Positions 34,493-44,840 of a DNA stretch of 64,000 bases are shown in pieces. The DNA comes from Chlamydiales bacterium. GTDB taxonomy: Bacteria; Chlamydiota; Chlamydiia; Chlamydiales; JAAKFR01. Location of the stretch: contig JAJACP010000009.1 in NCBI GenBank assembly GCA_022601445.1, forward strand, positions 598 through 64,597, written 5' to 3'. Every line of letters starts with the position of its first letter. The first letter of the stretch is position 1. A program made the translations under genes and the position numbers. The notes under the pieces were generated by a model that did not search any database, had not been told where the DNA came from, and saw nothing but the letters and a program-made list of their open reading frames with translations.

Positions 34493-37400
34493 ATGTGGAT
34501 TTCTCTCCATCAACACTCTCAATATTCGATTTTAGATGCCTCGTGTCCGGTCGAGGGTATCGCCCGCAAAGCGGCTGATATGGGAATGCCTGCTGTGGCG
34601 CTTACCGATCACGGCAACATGCACGGGGCTGTCGATTTTTATAAGGCGTGCAAGAAACACGGTGTTAAACCGATCATCGGATGTGAGGTCTACGTCGCGC
34701 CTACCTCTCGGTTTGAAAAGAAAAAAGTGGCCCGCAAAACAGCTTACCACCTCACCCTTCTTGCGAAAAACACAGTCGGGTACCACAACTTATGTCGCCT
34801 CTCCTCCCAAGGCTATCTAGAGGGGTTTTACTACAACCCTCGTATCGATCGAGAGCTTCTCCAGGAGTTTTCAGACGGGCTGATCTGTCTATCTGGCTGT
34901 CTCTCTAGCCAAGTGTCAGATGCCGCTCTCAATGGAACCGAAGAAGAACTCAATGCACAAATCCAATGGCATCTCGATCTCTTTAGAGAGGATTTCTACC
35001 TTGAGTTGCAGCGCCACCACATGCAGAGCGATCAAATCGCCTCCTTGACAGAGACTTGGCTGGAGCAGCAGTACCGTGACTTTGTCGACAAACAGCGAAC
35101 AGTCAATGAGAAACTCATCGAGGCGAGCCGTCGATTTGGGATTCCCCTTGTGGCCACAAACGACACGCACTATCTCGAACCGGATGACTGGAAGGCTCAT
35201 GAAGTTTTGCTCAATATCCAGTCAGGCGAACCGGTTGAGATTTGGGAAAAAGATAGTTTTGGCAACCCAACGTTCCGTGTTCCGAATCCTAAACGGCGGG
35301 TCTACTCGAGCCATGAGCTCTACTTTAAGTCGCCCGAGGCGATGTCGACACTTTTTAGTGATTTGCCGGAGGCGATTGAGAACACGGTAAAAGTAGCTGA
35401 AAAGTGTCAATTGGATCTTGATTTTGAGACGAAACATTATCCGGTATTTGTTCCTCCTGAGGAGTTTACGCAAGCCTCTTATTTACGCCATTTATGCGAG
35501 GAGGGAATTAAAGAGCGCTACACGCCCGAAAGACTAGAAAAAGTCGCTGAAAAGTACCCCGGCAAAGACCCTTCTCAAGTGGTGCGCGATCGACTTGATC
35601 TGGAGCTGGAGATCATCACGTCAAAAGAGATGAGTGACTATCTTTTGATTGTTTGGGATTTTATCAGCTGGGCCAAGCAGCACGGCATTCCGGTCGGGCC
35701 GGGGCGGGGGTCGGGAGCAGGTTCGATCATTCTCTACCTGATTGGTGTCACAGATATTGAGCCTTTACGCTTTGATCTCTTCTTTGAGCGTTTCATCAAT
35801 CCCGAACGTCTCTCCTATCCTGATATCGATGTCGATATATGCATGGATCGAAGAGGGGATGTGATTGACTATACGCTGGATAAATACGGCAAAGAAAATG
35901 TGGCGCAGATCATCACATTTGGAACAATGAAGGCTAAAATGGTGATTCGCGACGTCGGACGCGTGCTATCGGTCCCTCTTTCCAAGGTGAATCAAATTGC
36001 CAAGTACGTGCCAGACGATCTAAATATGACGTTGGAAAAGGCACTTGAGGTCGACCCTGATCTCAACACGATGTATGTCCAAGATAGTGACGCCAAAAAG
36101 ATTGTGGATTTAGGGAGAAAACTGGAAGGGTCAATCCGCAACACAGGCATTCATGCGGCGGGGTTGATTATCTGTGGAGAACCGCTTACCGATCATATTC
36201 CTGTCTGTTTGGCAAAAGACTCTGAGATGGCCGCCACCCAGTACTCAATGAAGCCAGTAGAAGCTGTAGGGATGCTCAAAATAGACTTTTTGGGGCTCAA
36301 AACGCTGACAAGTATCAAAGTGGCCTGTGAAGCCGTTCATGCACAGACAGGTAAAGAGATTGATTGGGTGAACCTTCCATTGGATGACCCGATTGCCTTT
36401 CGTTTACTTCAACAGGGAAAAACGTTGGGTGTTTTTCAGATGGAGTCAGGAGGGATGCAAGATCTAGCGCGCCAGCTATTGCCCGACAAGTTTGAAGAAA
36501 TCATTGCGATTGGCGCTCTTTACCGTCCCGGTCCCATGGATATGATTCCCTCTTTCATCAACCGGAAGCATGGAAGAGAGCCGATTGAGTATGATCACCC
36601 TTGGCTTGAGCCGATTCTGAAGGAGACCTATGGGATTATGGTCTACCAGGAGCAGGTGATGCAGATTGCGCAAAATCTGGCTAAGTATTCCCTTGGAGAG
36701 GGGGATGTGCTCCGCCGTGCCATGGGAAAAAAAGATCGCGCTCAAATGGAAAAAGAGCGAGAGAAATTTCGCCAGGGAGCTGTTGAAAATGGGCTTACCG
36801 ACGCGAATGCGACGGTTATCTTTGATAAAATGGAGAAATTTGCTTCGTATGGTTTCAACAAGTCTCATGCGGCAGCTTATGGCTTTCTCACTTATATAAC
36901 TGCCTACCTCAAAGGAAACTACCCTGCTATCTGGATGGCCGCGCTCATGACCTGCGATCGAGATGACATTTCTAAGGTGGCCAAGTTTATCCGTGAATGT
37001 CAGTCCATGAATATTGAGATTCTCCCTCCCGATGTGAATGAGTCAGGTAAAGAGTTTGTGGCAACTGATAAGGGCATTCGGTTTGCAATGAGTGGAATTA
37101 AAGGAGTGGGAGAGGGGGTTGTCGAGGTCATTCAAGAGGAGCGCAAAGCGCGTGGCCCGTTTACCGATTTCTACGACTTTTTTAAGAGAATAGACTTAAA
37201 GCGGGTGGGCAAAAAGGCCATAGAGTGTTTGGTTGATGCCGGTTCGTTTGATTTTACAGATTGGTCGCGCGATGCGCTGCGGATGAGCATTGAAGAGATG
37301 TATGATGTCGCTTCAACCGAGCAAAAAGAGGCTGCATCTGGAGTGCTCACGTTTTTTTCCTTAATGGGAGAGGAGTCAAAAAATCGCTTTCAGAAGCCAC

Positions 37401-38158
37401 CAGAGGTGCCGCACCCCTCTACTAAGACCGATATTCTTAAAAAAGAGAAAGAGCTGCTCGGTTTTTTCTTAACTGGTCACCCTATGGACGCCTTTCAAGC
37501 AATTTTGAAGCGTCTCTCCTGTATTCCTCTTTGTGAGTTAGAGGCTTTAGAACACAATCAAGTCGTACGGACTGCTTTTATTGTGGAGATGGTCCAAGTC
37601 AAGATTTCGCAGCGCACGCAGAAGAAATTTGCGATCTTGCAGATCAGTGATGGGATGGAGACCTATGAGCTGCCCATTTGGCCCGAGCTTTTTGAGGAGA
37701 AGGGAGAGCTTTTGGAGGAGAATCAGCTTCTCTACGCAGTTTTTCAAGCTGATCGGCGTGAAGAGAGTCTCCGTTTGTCGTGTCGTTGGTTAGATAATCT
37801 GACCCAGGTAGATGAGAAGATGGTCGAGGCGTGCGACCAGGCTTTTGACAGAGCCAAACTGCAAGCAGCCCGTTTCACGGGGAACACATCAAAAAAGAAA
37901 AAAGAGCCCAGTAAGATGAGTGAAAAACCGAAATCGCTTTCCCTTAAATTAGATGCAGCCCAGATGCGCCTGTCGCATGTTCTTCAGTTAAAAGAGCTGT
38001 TGCGTGGGCATCCCGGTCCCTCTAAGGTAGAGATCTTCTTTTATCATGAGCAGAAGAAATTGGGTGAGCTCCACCTTGATCATGGCGTCACGCTCACACC
38101 CAATTTGCAAGCTGACCTCAAAAAAAGCGCTTATACATTGAGTTGTACACCTAACTGA
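34493..38158 (+). CDS. dnaE: DNA polymerase III alpha subunit
   Basis: 1221 aa. PHP domain (LHQHSQYSILDA, LTDHGNMHGA), polymerase core (GPGRGSGAGS, PDIDVDI), and an OB domain. Confidence 0.97.
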   Translation: MWISLHQHSQYSILDASCPVEGIARKAADMGMPAVALTDHGNMHGAVDFYKACKKHGVKPIIGCEVYVAPTSRFEKKKVARKTAYHLTLLAKNTVGYHNLCRLSSQGYLEGFYYNPRIDRELLQEFSDGLICLSGCLSSQVSDAALNGTEEELNAQIQWHLDLFREDFYLELQRHHMQSDQIASLTETWLEQQYRDFVDKQRTVNEKLIEASRRFGIPLVATNDTHYLEPDDWKAHEVLLNIQSGEPVEIWEKDSFGNPTFRVPNPKRRVYSSHELYFKSPEAMSTLFSDLPEAIENTVKVAEKCQLDLDFETKHYPVFVPPEEFTQASYLRHLCEEGIKERYTPERLEKVAEKYPGKDPSQVVRDRLDLELEIITSKEMSDYLLIVWDFISWAKQHGIPVGPGRGSGAGSIILYLIGVTDIEPLRFDLFFERFINPERLSYPDIDVDICMDRRGDVIDYTLDKYGKENVAQIITFGTMKAKMVIRDVGRVLSVPLSKVNQIAKYVPDDLNMTLEKALEVDPDLNTMYVQDSDAKKIVDLGRKLEGSIRNTGIHAAGLIICGEPLTDHIPVCLAKDSEMAATQYSMKPVEAVGMLKIDFLGLKTLTSIKVACEAVHAQTGKEIDWVNLPLDDPIAFRLLQQGKTLGVFQMESGGMQDLARQLLPDKFEEIIAIGALYRPGPMDMIPSFINRKHGREPIEYDHPWLEPILKETYGIMVYQEQVMQIAQNLAKYSLGEGDVLRRAMGKKDRAQMEKEREKFRQGAVENGLTDANATVIFDKMEKFASYGFNKSHAAAYGFLTYITAYLKGNYPAIWMAALMTCDRDDISKVAKFIRECQSMNIEILPPDVNESGKEFVATDKGIRFAMSGIKGVGEGVVEVIQEERKARGPFTDFYDFFKRIDLKRVGKKAIECLVDAGSFDFTDWSRDALRMSIEEMYDVASTEQKEAASGVLTFFSLMGEESKNRFQKPPEVPHPSTKTDILKKEKELLGFFLTGHPMDAFQAILKRLSCIPLCELEALEHNQVVRTAFIVEMVQVKISQRTQKKFAILQISDGMETYELPIWPELFEEKGELLEENQLLYAVFQADRREESLRLSCRWLDNLTQVDEKMVEACDQAFDRAKLQAARFTGNTSKKKKEPSKMSEKPKSLSLKLDAAQMRLSHVLQLKELLRGHPGPSKVEIFFYHEQKKLGELHLDHGVTLTPNLQADLKKSAYTLSCTPN

Positions 38159-38969
38159 TTTCTTTTCCACTCAAGGCATTAAAATAAAGAGTACGGGTTG
38201 AGCCGTCGGGATTTTGGACAGCGATGCAGTAGACCGGAAGAAAAATTTCCTCAGCCTTCCGAATGGCAAAATCCCCTCCAAATATGGTCTGAGCCAACTT
38301 CTTGATTTCAGCAGAACCGTACTGCTTTTTCACCTTAGAGGAGTATTTGGGAGGCTGTGAGACGATGGATTGAGCGAGATGGGTCATCGGTTCGATCTCT
38401 AAACGTGGGTTTTCGAAGTGGAGACGGAAGGTGTTCCCGCTAATCACAATCAATTTTTTCTCTCGACAGCTGTCAATCCAATCGTCCAAAATGTCTTGGT
38501 CGACCTTGAACCGATGGTAGAGTTTCTCTCGATCAATAGCGCCTCCACTTTCAACAAGTGCTTTGAGAACTTTAAAGTCATTTTTATTCGCCCTTGAAAG
38601 GAGACAGTCTTCGAATCCGTGCGTCTTCTCCCAGGTTTCGGTGTCTATAATCATCTCTCCGTCGTTCAGTCCCCATAACAGAATGCCCTCGGCTGTTGTC
38701 GAGCGGTTTTTGGAGTATTTAACATCCATGAGCAGGTAAGGGTAGTAGAGCAGCTTAGGCTCTAAAAACGTGTAGTCACTACTTTTCAGCAGTTCTTCTT
38801 GGTTGCGGCGCATGATCTCTTGGGCTGTATAGCGGATTTCCAGCGTTTGAAAAGGATCTTTTTGAAATTTTTCCAGGGCGGTTTCACGCACGGCAGGGAA
38901 GTTCTCCCATACGTACCAACCACCTGAACCTAGACCAGCAAGAGTCAATAATGAAAAAATTAAACGCAT
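38151..38969 (-). CDS. Conserved hypothetical membrane-anchored protein
   Basis: 272 aa. N-terminal TM anchor and a soluble domain without recognisable motifs. Sits downstream of dnaE, as an uncharacterised gene does in the recalled Chlamydiaceae order. Confidence 0.55.
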   Translation of the reverse strand: MRLIFSLLTLAGLGSGGWYVWENFPAVRETALEKFQKDPFQTLEIRYTAQEIMRRNQEELLKSSDYTFLEPKLLYYPYLLMDVKYSKNRSTTAEGILLWGLNDGEMIIDTETWEKTHGFEDCLLSRANKNDFKVLKALVESGGAIDREKLYHRFKVDQDILDDWIDSCREKKLIVISGNTFRLHFENPRLEIEPMTHLAQSIVSQPPKYSSKVKKQYGSAEIKKLAQTIFGGDFAIRKAEEIFLPVYCIAVQNPDGSTRTLYFNALSGKEIS

Positions 38970-39922
38970 ATCCTCATTTCCTTTAGCCCCTCTTCTAATG
39001 TGTAGCTCGGTTTGAGCTGAAGAGCTTGTTGTATTTTGGAGGGATCACCGATCGAAACCCGCACTTCACCCTCTCTTGCCGGAGCATACTCTTTTTTGAC
39101 CTCCGGGGCCATGAGAGTGGCGAGTTGGTTGATCGAGGTGCCAACTCCTGTGCAGAGGTTAAAAACAGAGGCGCCCCGCATAGGCTTTACCATTGTCTCA
39201 AGCATCATACGCACCACATCTTTTACATAAATAAAATCGCGTACTTGTTTGCCATCCCCAAAGATGGTCAGTTTTTTTCCATTCCTAAGACGATCGAAAA
39301 AAACAGAGATCACTCCAGAATAGGGAGAGGAGGGGTCTTGGCGAGGGCCGAAAACGTTGAAGAAACGGAACGCTGTTGTGGGGATCTGAAAAATATTCCA
39401 TAAAATCTGTGCCTCCCACTCTCCTTCAAGCTTTTCGATTCCATAAGGGGAGAGAGGGTGAGGGAGCGCCTTCTCTGGAATAGGTGTTTCGTGGGCCTCT
39501 CCATAGATGCAAGATGAGGAAGCGTAAATCAGGGGAATTTTTTGCTTCAATTGAGAAAGAGCCTCAAAGAGTCTCACCGTTCCGCCACTATTGACATGGT
39601 GGACAGCAGCCCACTGATCAAGCGATTTTTGAACAGAGGCAATCGCGGCAAGGTGAAATACACCGTCAATCCCTTCTACAGAGGTTTTAAGAAGCGTTGG
39701 ATCAGTGATGGAGCCGATTACAAGTTCTGCCTCTGGAGGCGCATTCTCTTTTTTTCCGGTTGAGAGATCGTCTAAAATACGCACACCATGCCCAAAGGCA
39801 ATCAGTGACTCTGCAAGATGAGATCCAATGAAGCCGCAGCCGCCGGTGATTAAGTATTTTGACAAAGCGAAATGATCTCCTACATTTGACAGGAAGTAGC
39901 TACTCTCAGTATGATCCAACAC
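38960..39922 (-). CDS. NAD-dependent epimerase/dehydratase (UDP-sugar 4-epimerase-like SDR)
   Basis: Rossmann motif ITGGCGFIGSHL and catalytic Y-x3-K (SPYGIEK). The GTG at 39922 leaves only 15 nt to the divergent gene, so the TTG at 39865 (LSKYLITGG) is a plausible real start. Confidence 0.8.
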   Translation of the reverse strand: MLDHTESSYFLSNVGDHFALSKYLITGGCGFIGSHLAESLIAFGHGVRILDDLSTGKKENAPPEAELVIGSITDPTLLKTSVEGIDGVFHLAAIASVQKSLDQWAAVHHVNSGGTVRLFEALSQLKQKIPLIYASSSCIYGEAHETPIPEKALPHPLSPYGIEKLEGEWEAQILWNIFQIPTTAFRFFNVFGPRQDPSSPYSGVISVFFDRLRNGKKLTIFGDGKQVRDFIYVKDVVRMMLETMVKPMRGASVFNLCTGVGTSINQLATLMAPEVKKEYAPAREGEVRVSIGDPSKIQQALQLKPSYTLEEGLKEMRICV

Positions 39923-39937
39923 ATCATTTTTTAGAGA

Positions 39938-40879
39938 GTGTTTTTTGTGAAGCGTACCATCTGTATCTTTCTTCTCTTTCTCCCTTTTGCCTTATTTGGA
40001 GGCGTGAGCCAAGTGAGTGGCAAATGGTCTCCAGATCAATATATCCCTACAGTCTCTGTACAAGAGCATTATGATAGGGGGTATCAGGCCTTATACGAAA
40101 ATCATTGGGACGAGGCCCTGACCAACTTCATGGTGGTGATCTATCACTACGATGAGTCTCCTTTTTATGGAGATGCCCTTTTCTATTCGGGCATTTGTCA
40201 CTACTTCAAAGCCGATTTTGATCTAGCGAATAAGCAGTTTGACCTCTATCTCTCTTCTTCGGGTAAACTGAAGCATTTCGAAAAAGTTTTTGATTTTAAG
40301 TATTATATCGCTGATTACTACCAAAATGGACGTCGGAAGCACCTTTTTGGGGTCTCTTCACTTCCTAAGCTTGCCTCTGGTAAGGCGGATGCCATGGAGA
40401 TTTTAGAGGAGATTATTGCGGCCCTTCCTGGAAAGAAGATTGCAGCCAAGGCGCTTTTTGCCAAAAGTGAAATTCTGCGGAAAAACAAAGAGTATCGAGA
40501 GAGTATTGACTGCCTGCAAACGTTAGCTCGCCGTTTTCCTAAGCACTCACTTTCGGCAGACGGTTATGTGGAAATCTCTAAAATTTATTATGAACAGAGT
40601 CAAAAAGAGGGGCAGAATCCCGATTTGATCTCTCTGGCCAAAGTGAATTTAAATCGGTTTGGCAAAAGCTTTCCTGGTGATGAGCGGATTGAGATTGCGG
40701 AAGCGAACCTGCTCGCCATGCAGGAAGTGTATGCGGTTAGCCTCTATGAGACGGGCCGTTTTTATGAGAGAAAAAAGAAACCGAGTGCTTCGGCCATTTA
40801 CTATCGGGATGCCATTCAAAAGTATCCAGGAACAGAGGCCGCTATGAAATGCCAAACGCGTCTTGATCGCGTGACATGA
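39938..40879 (+). CDS. TPR-repeat outer membrane assembly lipoprotein (BamD/YfiO-like)
   Basis: 313 aa. Signal sequence and TPR-like helical repeats (YQALYENHWDEAL, ALFYSGICHYFKADFDLA, ...AIYYRDAIQKYPGTEAA). Followed by a translationally coupled lipoprotein gene. Confidence 0.5.
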   Translation: MFFVKRTICIFLLFLPFALFGGVSQVSGKWSPDQYIPTVSVQEHYDRGYQALYENHWDEALTNFMVVIYHYDESPFYGDALFYSGICHYFKADFDLANKQFDLYLSSSGKLKHFEKVFDFKYYIADYYQNGRRKHLFGVSSLPKLASGKADAMEILEEIIAALPGKKIAAKALFAKSEILRKNKEYRESIDCLQTLARRFPKHSLSADGYVEISKIYYEQSQKEGQNPDLISLAKVNLNRFGKSFPGDERIEIAEANLLAMQEVYAVSLYETGRFYERKKKPSASAIYYRDAIQKYPGTEAAMKCQTRLDRVT

Positions 40880-41430
40880 GACTCATTTTTGCCCTTATTC
40901 TTCTATTGACCTCCTCTTGTGGCTATCGGTTTGGTCGAGGAGAAATCCTTGAGCAATACTCTTCGGTTTGTATTCCTTATGTAGAAGGTGATGGAGAGGG
41001 ACTTTTAACTGCTGCCCTCATTCGTTCGATGACTACAGGTGGGGGGCTTGCCTACCGCTCATACGGAGCAGATCTTCAGCTCAAAGTCTGCTTGATGGAA
41101 CCGGTTGATACCAATATAGGATTTGCTTATGCGCCTCGTGATCCTGGAGATCAAGAGTTTTCAGACATTGTGGTCTCCAATGAGGCACGTCTGACGATGA
41201 CTGCAGTGATCCGCTTGATTGACAGGCGGACAGGGTGTCTTGTTTTGGGGCCCTGTGAAGTCACATCGTCGTTAACCTATGATTTTGAGCCTGATTTAGG
41301 TAAAGCAGATGTGCAGGATTTTTCTTTGGGTCAGCTTGTGATGCATAACTTAGCTATCGATGGAGCGACCCCTCCTTTGTATACGCTTCTTTCTAACAAG
41401 ATTGTGGATTTCATCAATCACAGTTGGTAG
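40876..41430 (+). CDS. LptE-like lipoprotein
   Basis: 184 aa. Lipobox LLTSSCGYRFG, resembling the CG(Y/F)-x-(F/L)-(R)G start of LptE/RlpB. ATGA overlap with the upstream gene. Confidence 0.45.
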   Translation: MRLIFALILLLTSSCGYRFGRGEILEQYSSVCIPYVEGDGEGLLTAALIRSMTTGGGLAYRSYGADLQLKVCLMEPVDTNIGFAYAPRDPGDQEFSDIVVSNEARLTMTAVIRLIDRRTGCLVLGPCEVTSSLTYDFEPDLGKADVQDFSLGQLVMHNLAIDGATPPLYTLLSNKIVDFINHSW

Positions 41431-41466
41431 GTGTAATAATTTCATCCATACATTACTATCTACACT

Positions 41467-41865
41467 ATGGAGTTTAAGGCGTCTGTAGACTCTCTTGCTG
41501 GTGTGATGGAGTTCATACGTAAACAGGCTGAAGCAAATGGCATCGAGCATGCACTCATCCAAAAAATGGAACTTGCCTGTGAAGAGGCAATCGTAAACAT
41601 TATCTCCTACGCCTACAAGAAAAAACCCGGAGTGATCTCCGTGACATGCGAGAAAAAAGGGAAGCGCTTCGAGATTACTCTATGTGATCAAGGTATCGCG
41701 TTTAATCCCATTGATGTGGAAATCAATCCCCAATTTGGCACGCCTGTCTTACAGCGTAAAGTGGGCGGAATGGGCATCTTTTTGATCCGAAAGGTGATCG
41801 ATGACGTCAGCTATCAAAGGGTAGGAAAAGAAAATGTGCTCCGCTTAGCCTTTAACCTTCTCTAA
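41467..41865 (+). CDS. rsbW: Anti-sigma factor / serine protein kinase RsbW
   Basis: 132 aa. HATPase_c-type N box (EEAIVNIISYAY), DQGIAFNP, and GGMGIFLIRKVIDDVSY. Confidence 0.85.
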   Translation: MEFKASVDSLAGVMEFIRKQAEANGIEHALIQKMELACEEAIVNIISYAYKKKPGVISVTCEKKGKRFEITLCDQGIAFNPIDVEINPQFGTPVLQRKVGGMGIFLIRKVIDDVSYQRVGKENVLRLAFNLL

Positions 41866-42277
41866 ACCGACAGATCTCTTCCTCGTTCTCTTCAATTTGC
41901 TCGAGAAACTTTTCCAGTATTCTCAATACAAGGCTAGAATGGTTGTAAACACCGGTTGTCGCAAAAGCCATTTCTAATTGCGGAGCGTGCTGGTCATTCA
42001 AAGCAATCAATGTCAATGTTGTAGGCGCTTCTTGTATCACCTTAGGTACAATCCAAACCGAGAATTTATCGTTAAAAAGAGTCAGTTTTTCTGTCGACTC
42101 AATGACATAGAAGTTGTGTGTCAAAGAGTCGGACTCTTGCTCTCCCGCCTCTTCTGCTGATAAAAGTCCAAGCTCTTGAAGTAGGGATAAATCCACTTCC
42201 ACGATTCCATCAGGAACGTGCTTGGGTAAATCATCCATGTAGTGATTAAAGGCATTTTCGAGATCTACAGGTTCCAT
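41852..42277 (-). CDS. Hypothetical acidic protein
   Basis: 141 aa, convergent with rsbW and overlapping it by 14 nt. No recognisable motif. Positionally matches an uncharacterised gene next to rsbW in the recalled Chlamydiaceae order. Confidence 0.5.
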   Translation of the reverse strand: MEPVDLENAFNHYMDDLPKHVPDGIVEVDLSLLQELGLLSAEEAGEQESDSLTHNFYVIESTEKLTLFNDKFSVWIVPKVIQEAPTTLTLIALNDQHAPQLEMAFATTGVYNHSSLVLRILEKFLEQIEENEEEICRFREG

Positions 42278-42381
42278 CTTCTTTCTACCCCCAGCACTAT
42301 TCTAGGGCGTTTTGAACCACTTTGTCAAATAATTTTTCGAAATTGTAGGTAAGGAAGTAAGCTGCTATAGTCTTTTGTTAG

Positions 42382-43659
42382 ATGAAATGGTTTTTATCCC
42401 TCTTACTTCTTCTTCCCTCACTTTACGCCCAGCAGCTTGACCTCAAGTTAGATGCAGAGGGCGTCATCTTAATTAATGCGGAAACAGGAGCGATCCTTTA
42501 TGAAAAAAATGCGTATACTCCAACTTTTCCTGCGAGCACAACCAAAATAGCAACAGCTCTTTATGCATTAGATCGGCAAGGTATGCAGCTGGGAAACAAG
42601 ATGCTGGCTACGCGGGAGTGTGTCGCTTCCATCACCCCCCAGGCCAAAAAACAGTCCAATTACCGCAGTCCCTCTCACTGGCTGGAGACAGATGGCTCGC
42701 ACATTGGAATCAAGTCGGGCGAGGAGCTCCGCTTTTATGACCTACTAGCGGCAATGTTGATTAGCTCAGCCAACGATGCGTCGAATGTAATTGCTTATCA
42801 TGTAGGGGGATCCATCTCTAATTTTATGACAGAACTTGGTCACTATCTAAAAGGGATCGGTTGCAAGAGTACCTCTTTCAATAATCCTCATGGGCTCCAC
42901 CATCCACAGCATGTCACGACCCCCTATGATCTGGCCGTAATGGCGCAAGTGGGGCTGAAAAACCCTATTTTCAGAAAAATTGTCTCCACAAAGCGCTATA
43001 CATGTCCTCAAACTAACCTGGAGCATGAGCGCACATTTTTGCAAACCAACAAGTTGCTGCGCAGTGGTTCAAGTGAATACCCTAAAGCGATTGGAGTGAA
43101 AACAGGAACGACTCAAGCGGCTGGAAAAAATTTGGTTGCTGCTGCTGAGAGCGAGGGACGGTGTCTTATTGCTGTTTTGCTTGGGTATAGAGGAGCTCGT
43201 GAGCATTTGTACAGAGATGCAATTAAGCTTTTTGATACAGCTTTTCAGGAGCAGAAGATGCGGCGCGTTTTGCTTAAAGTGGGCACTACCGATCTCACAA
43301 CGCACGTAATCGGTGCACGTGGAAGGCTGAAAACAACATTGCCTATGGGGTTGAATTACGATTACTATCCAGCTGAAGAGAGTGTTGTTAAGGCACAAGT
43401 CCATTGGGATCTCCCTTCCTTGCCGATCAGCAAAGGGGATCGTGTAGGCACGGTTTCTGTTGTGGATGCGAGCGGAAATGTCGTTCAAGAAACAGGTTTG
43501 ATGGCATTAACAGACCTGAAGCCTACTGTATGGTATCGTCTTACTACTTTATTTTCGGATCACAAAAAGGGAAAGAGCCTTTTGTTTGGAGGAGGAGTCG
43601 GTCTTCTTTGTCTCTTCTTTTGGAGATTGAGAAAAAAGCAAAGGTTTAAGCGTCATTAG
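42382..43659 (+). CDS. D-alanyl-D-alanine carboxypeptidase (PBP5/6 class)
   Basis: 425 aa. Signal peptide, SxxK (ASTTK), SxN (SANDA), KTG (KTGTT), and a C-terminal membrane anchor. Confidence 0.88.
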   Translation: MKWFLSLLLLLPSLYAQQLDLKLDAEGVILINAETGAILYEKNAYTPTFPASTTKIATALYALDRQGMQLGNKMLATRECVASITPQAKKQSNYRSPSHWLETDGSHIGIKSGEELRFYDLLAAMLISSANDASNVIAYHVGGSISNFMTELGHYLKGIGCKSTSFNNPHGLHHPQHVTTPYDLAVMAQVGLKNPIFRKIVSTKRYTCPQTNLEHERTFLQTNKLLRSGSSEYPKAIGVKTGTTQAAGKNLVAAAESEGRCLIAVLLGYRGAREHLYRDAIKLFDTAFQEQKMRRVLLKVGTTDLTTHVIGARGRLKTTLPMGLNYDYYPAEESVVKAQVHWDLPSLPISKGDRVGTVSVVDASGNVVQETGLMALTDLKPTVWYRLTTLFSDHKKGKSLLFGGGVGLLCLFFWRLRKKQRFKRH

Positions 43660-44779
43660 CTTTAAAACAGACAGCAAAAAAACCGTCCATGCCCCCATAG
43701 CTAGGCAATGAAACAAATGGGTCGCCCACTGTCTTAATGGGATACCTTTCTAAAAAGTGCTCGATTTGCCGCTCATTTTCAGAGCGCAAAAGGGAGCAGG
43801 TGGCATAGACGATGTGGCCGCCAGGCTTAACAAAACTCAGAGCGCGTTCAAAAATCATCCGCTGCTGCCCGACCAGTCTGTTGAGTAGAGCAAGGGAAAA
43901 CTTCCACTTTTGATCGGGATTGCGTCTCAGTGTGCCTGTCCCTGTGCAGGGAACATCGGCCAAAACCCAATCCATTTTTTTCTTAAGCGTCTCCATATGG
44001 GGGTGTTCTGGATGGAAAAACTGTACATTTTGAATGCCGGCTCGCTTAAGTCGCTTTTTGGCTTGCTCGAGAATATATCCGCGAATATCGTGCAGATAGA
44101 TCTGTCCTTGGTTGCTCATTTGATGGGCAAAAGCGAGGGTTTTGCCCCCCGCACCGGCGCAGTAGTCAAGTACTTGATCTCCGGGCTGAACATTGACAAG
44201 TCTAGCGGCACATTGGCTCGCCTCATCTTGGATTTCAAAAAGTCCTTCCTTAAATTCGGGACAGGAGACAAGAGGGAGGCGATTTTTGAACTGAATGCCA
44301 AGAGGAGAGTGGGTGCAGGGGGTGGCATCGAGCTCTTTCCACCGGTTAAGCAGTTCCTCGCGGGTGACTTTAAGTGGGTTGACTCGGATGGTGATAGGCG
44401 CCTCGGTATTGCCAATTTGGCAGAGGCGGACCGCTTTTTCTTCTCCATAGTCCTGGACGAGCAGAGCAAAAAGCTCTTTGGGAAAGCTGACACGCGTGTG
44501 AAGTGGAATGGTATTGACATAGAGATACTGGTCAGGCTGCAGGTGACGAAAAAGCGCATACCGTTTTTCCCAAGAGGGTTGTCCTTCAACTAAATGGTCG
44601 AGAAGCGACTGCCAGCGGCACATGCCATAGACTGCCTGCGCAATCGTACGCCTATCATGAGAGCCAAGCTGTTTATGAGCTCGAAAATACTGGCTCAGAA
44701 ATAGATCCAGTGGAAGGTGCTGGTTCTCAAACCGGCGTAGAAGTTGAAATAGATGGTATTCAGGGAAAGATAGTTTCAT
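43646..44779 (-). CDS. RsmB/RsmF-family rRNA m5C methyltransferase (Sun/Fmu-like)
   Basis: 377 aa. SAM motif DYCAGAGGKTL and catalytic Cys motifs DVPCTGTGTLRRNPD and YATCS. Confidence 0.85.
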   Translation of the reverse strand: MKLSFPEYHLFQLLRRFENQHLPLDLFLSQYFRAHKQLGSHDRRTIAQAVYGMCRWQSLLDHLVEGQPSWEKRYALFRHLQPDQYLYVNTIPLHTRVSFPKELFALLVQDYGEEKAVRLCQIGNTEAPITIRVNPLKVTREELLNRWKELDATPCTHSPLGIQFKNRLPLVSCPEFKEGLFEIQDEASQCAARLVNVQPGDQVLDYCAGAGGKTLAFAHQMSNQGQIYLHDIRGYILEQAKKRLKRAGIQNVQFFHPEHPHMETLKKKMDWVLADVPCTGTGTLRRNPDQKWKFSLALLNRLVGQQRMIFERALSFVKPGGHIVYATCSLLRSENERQIEHFLERYPIKTVGDPFVSLPSYGGMDGFFAVCFKANDA

Positions 44780-44840
44780 TTTAATTGATAAACATGATAC
44801 TCAATTTCACCAAACGTTGCAACTGTGGAGGAGTTTTTGT

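Noticed and set aside
43910-44593. 227-aa ORF on the plus strand
   Set aside because: It lies entirely antisense to the well-supported RsmB-family methyltransferase gene, which has clear SAM and catalytic Cys motifs. It has no motifs of its own, and long antisense ORFs are common opposite conserved genes.
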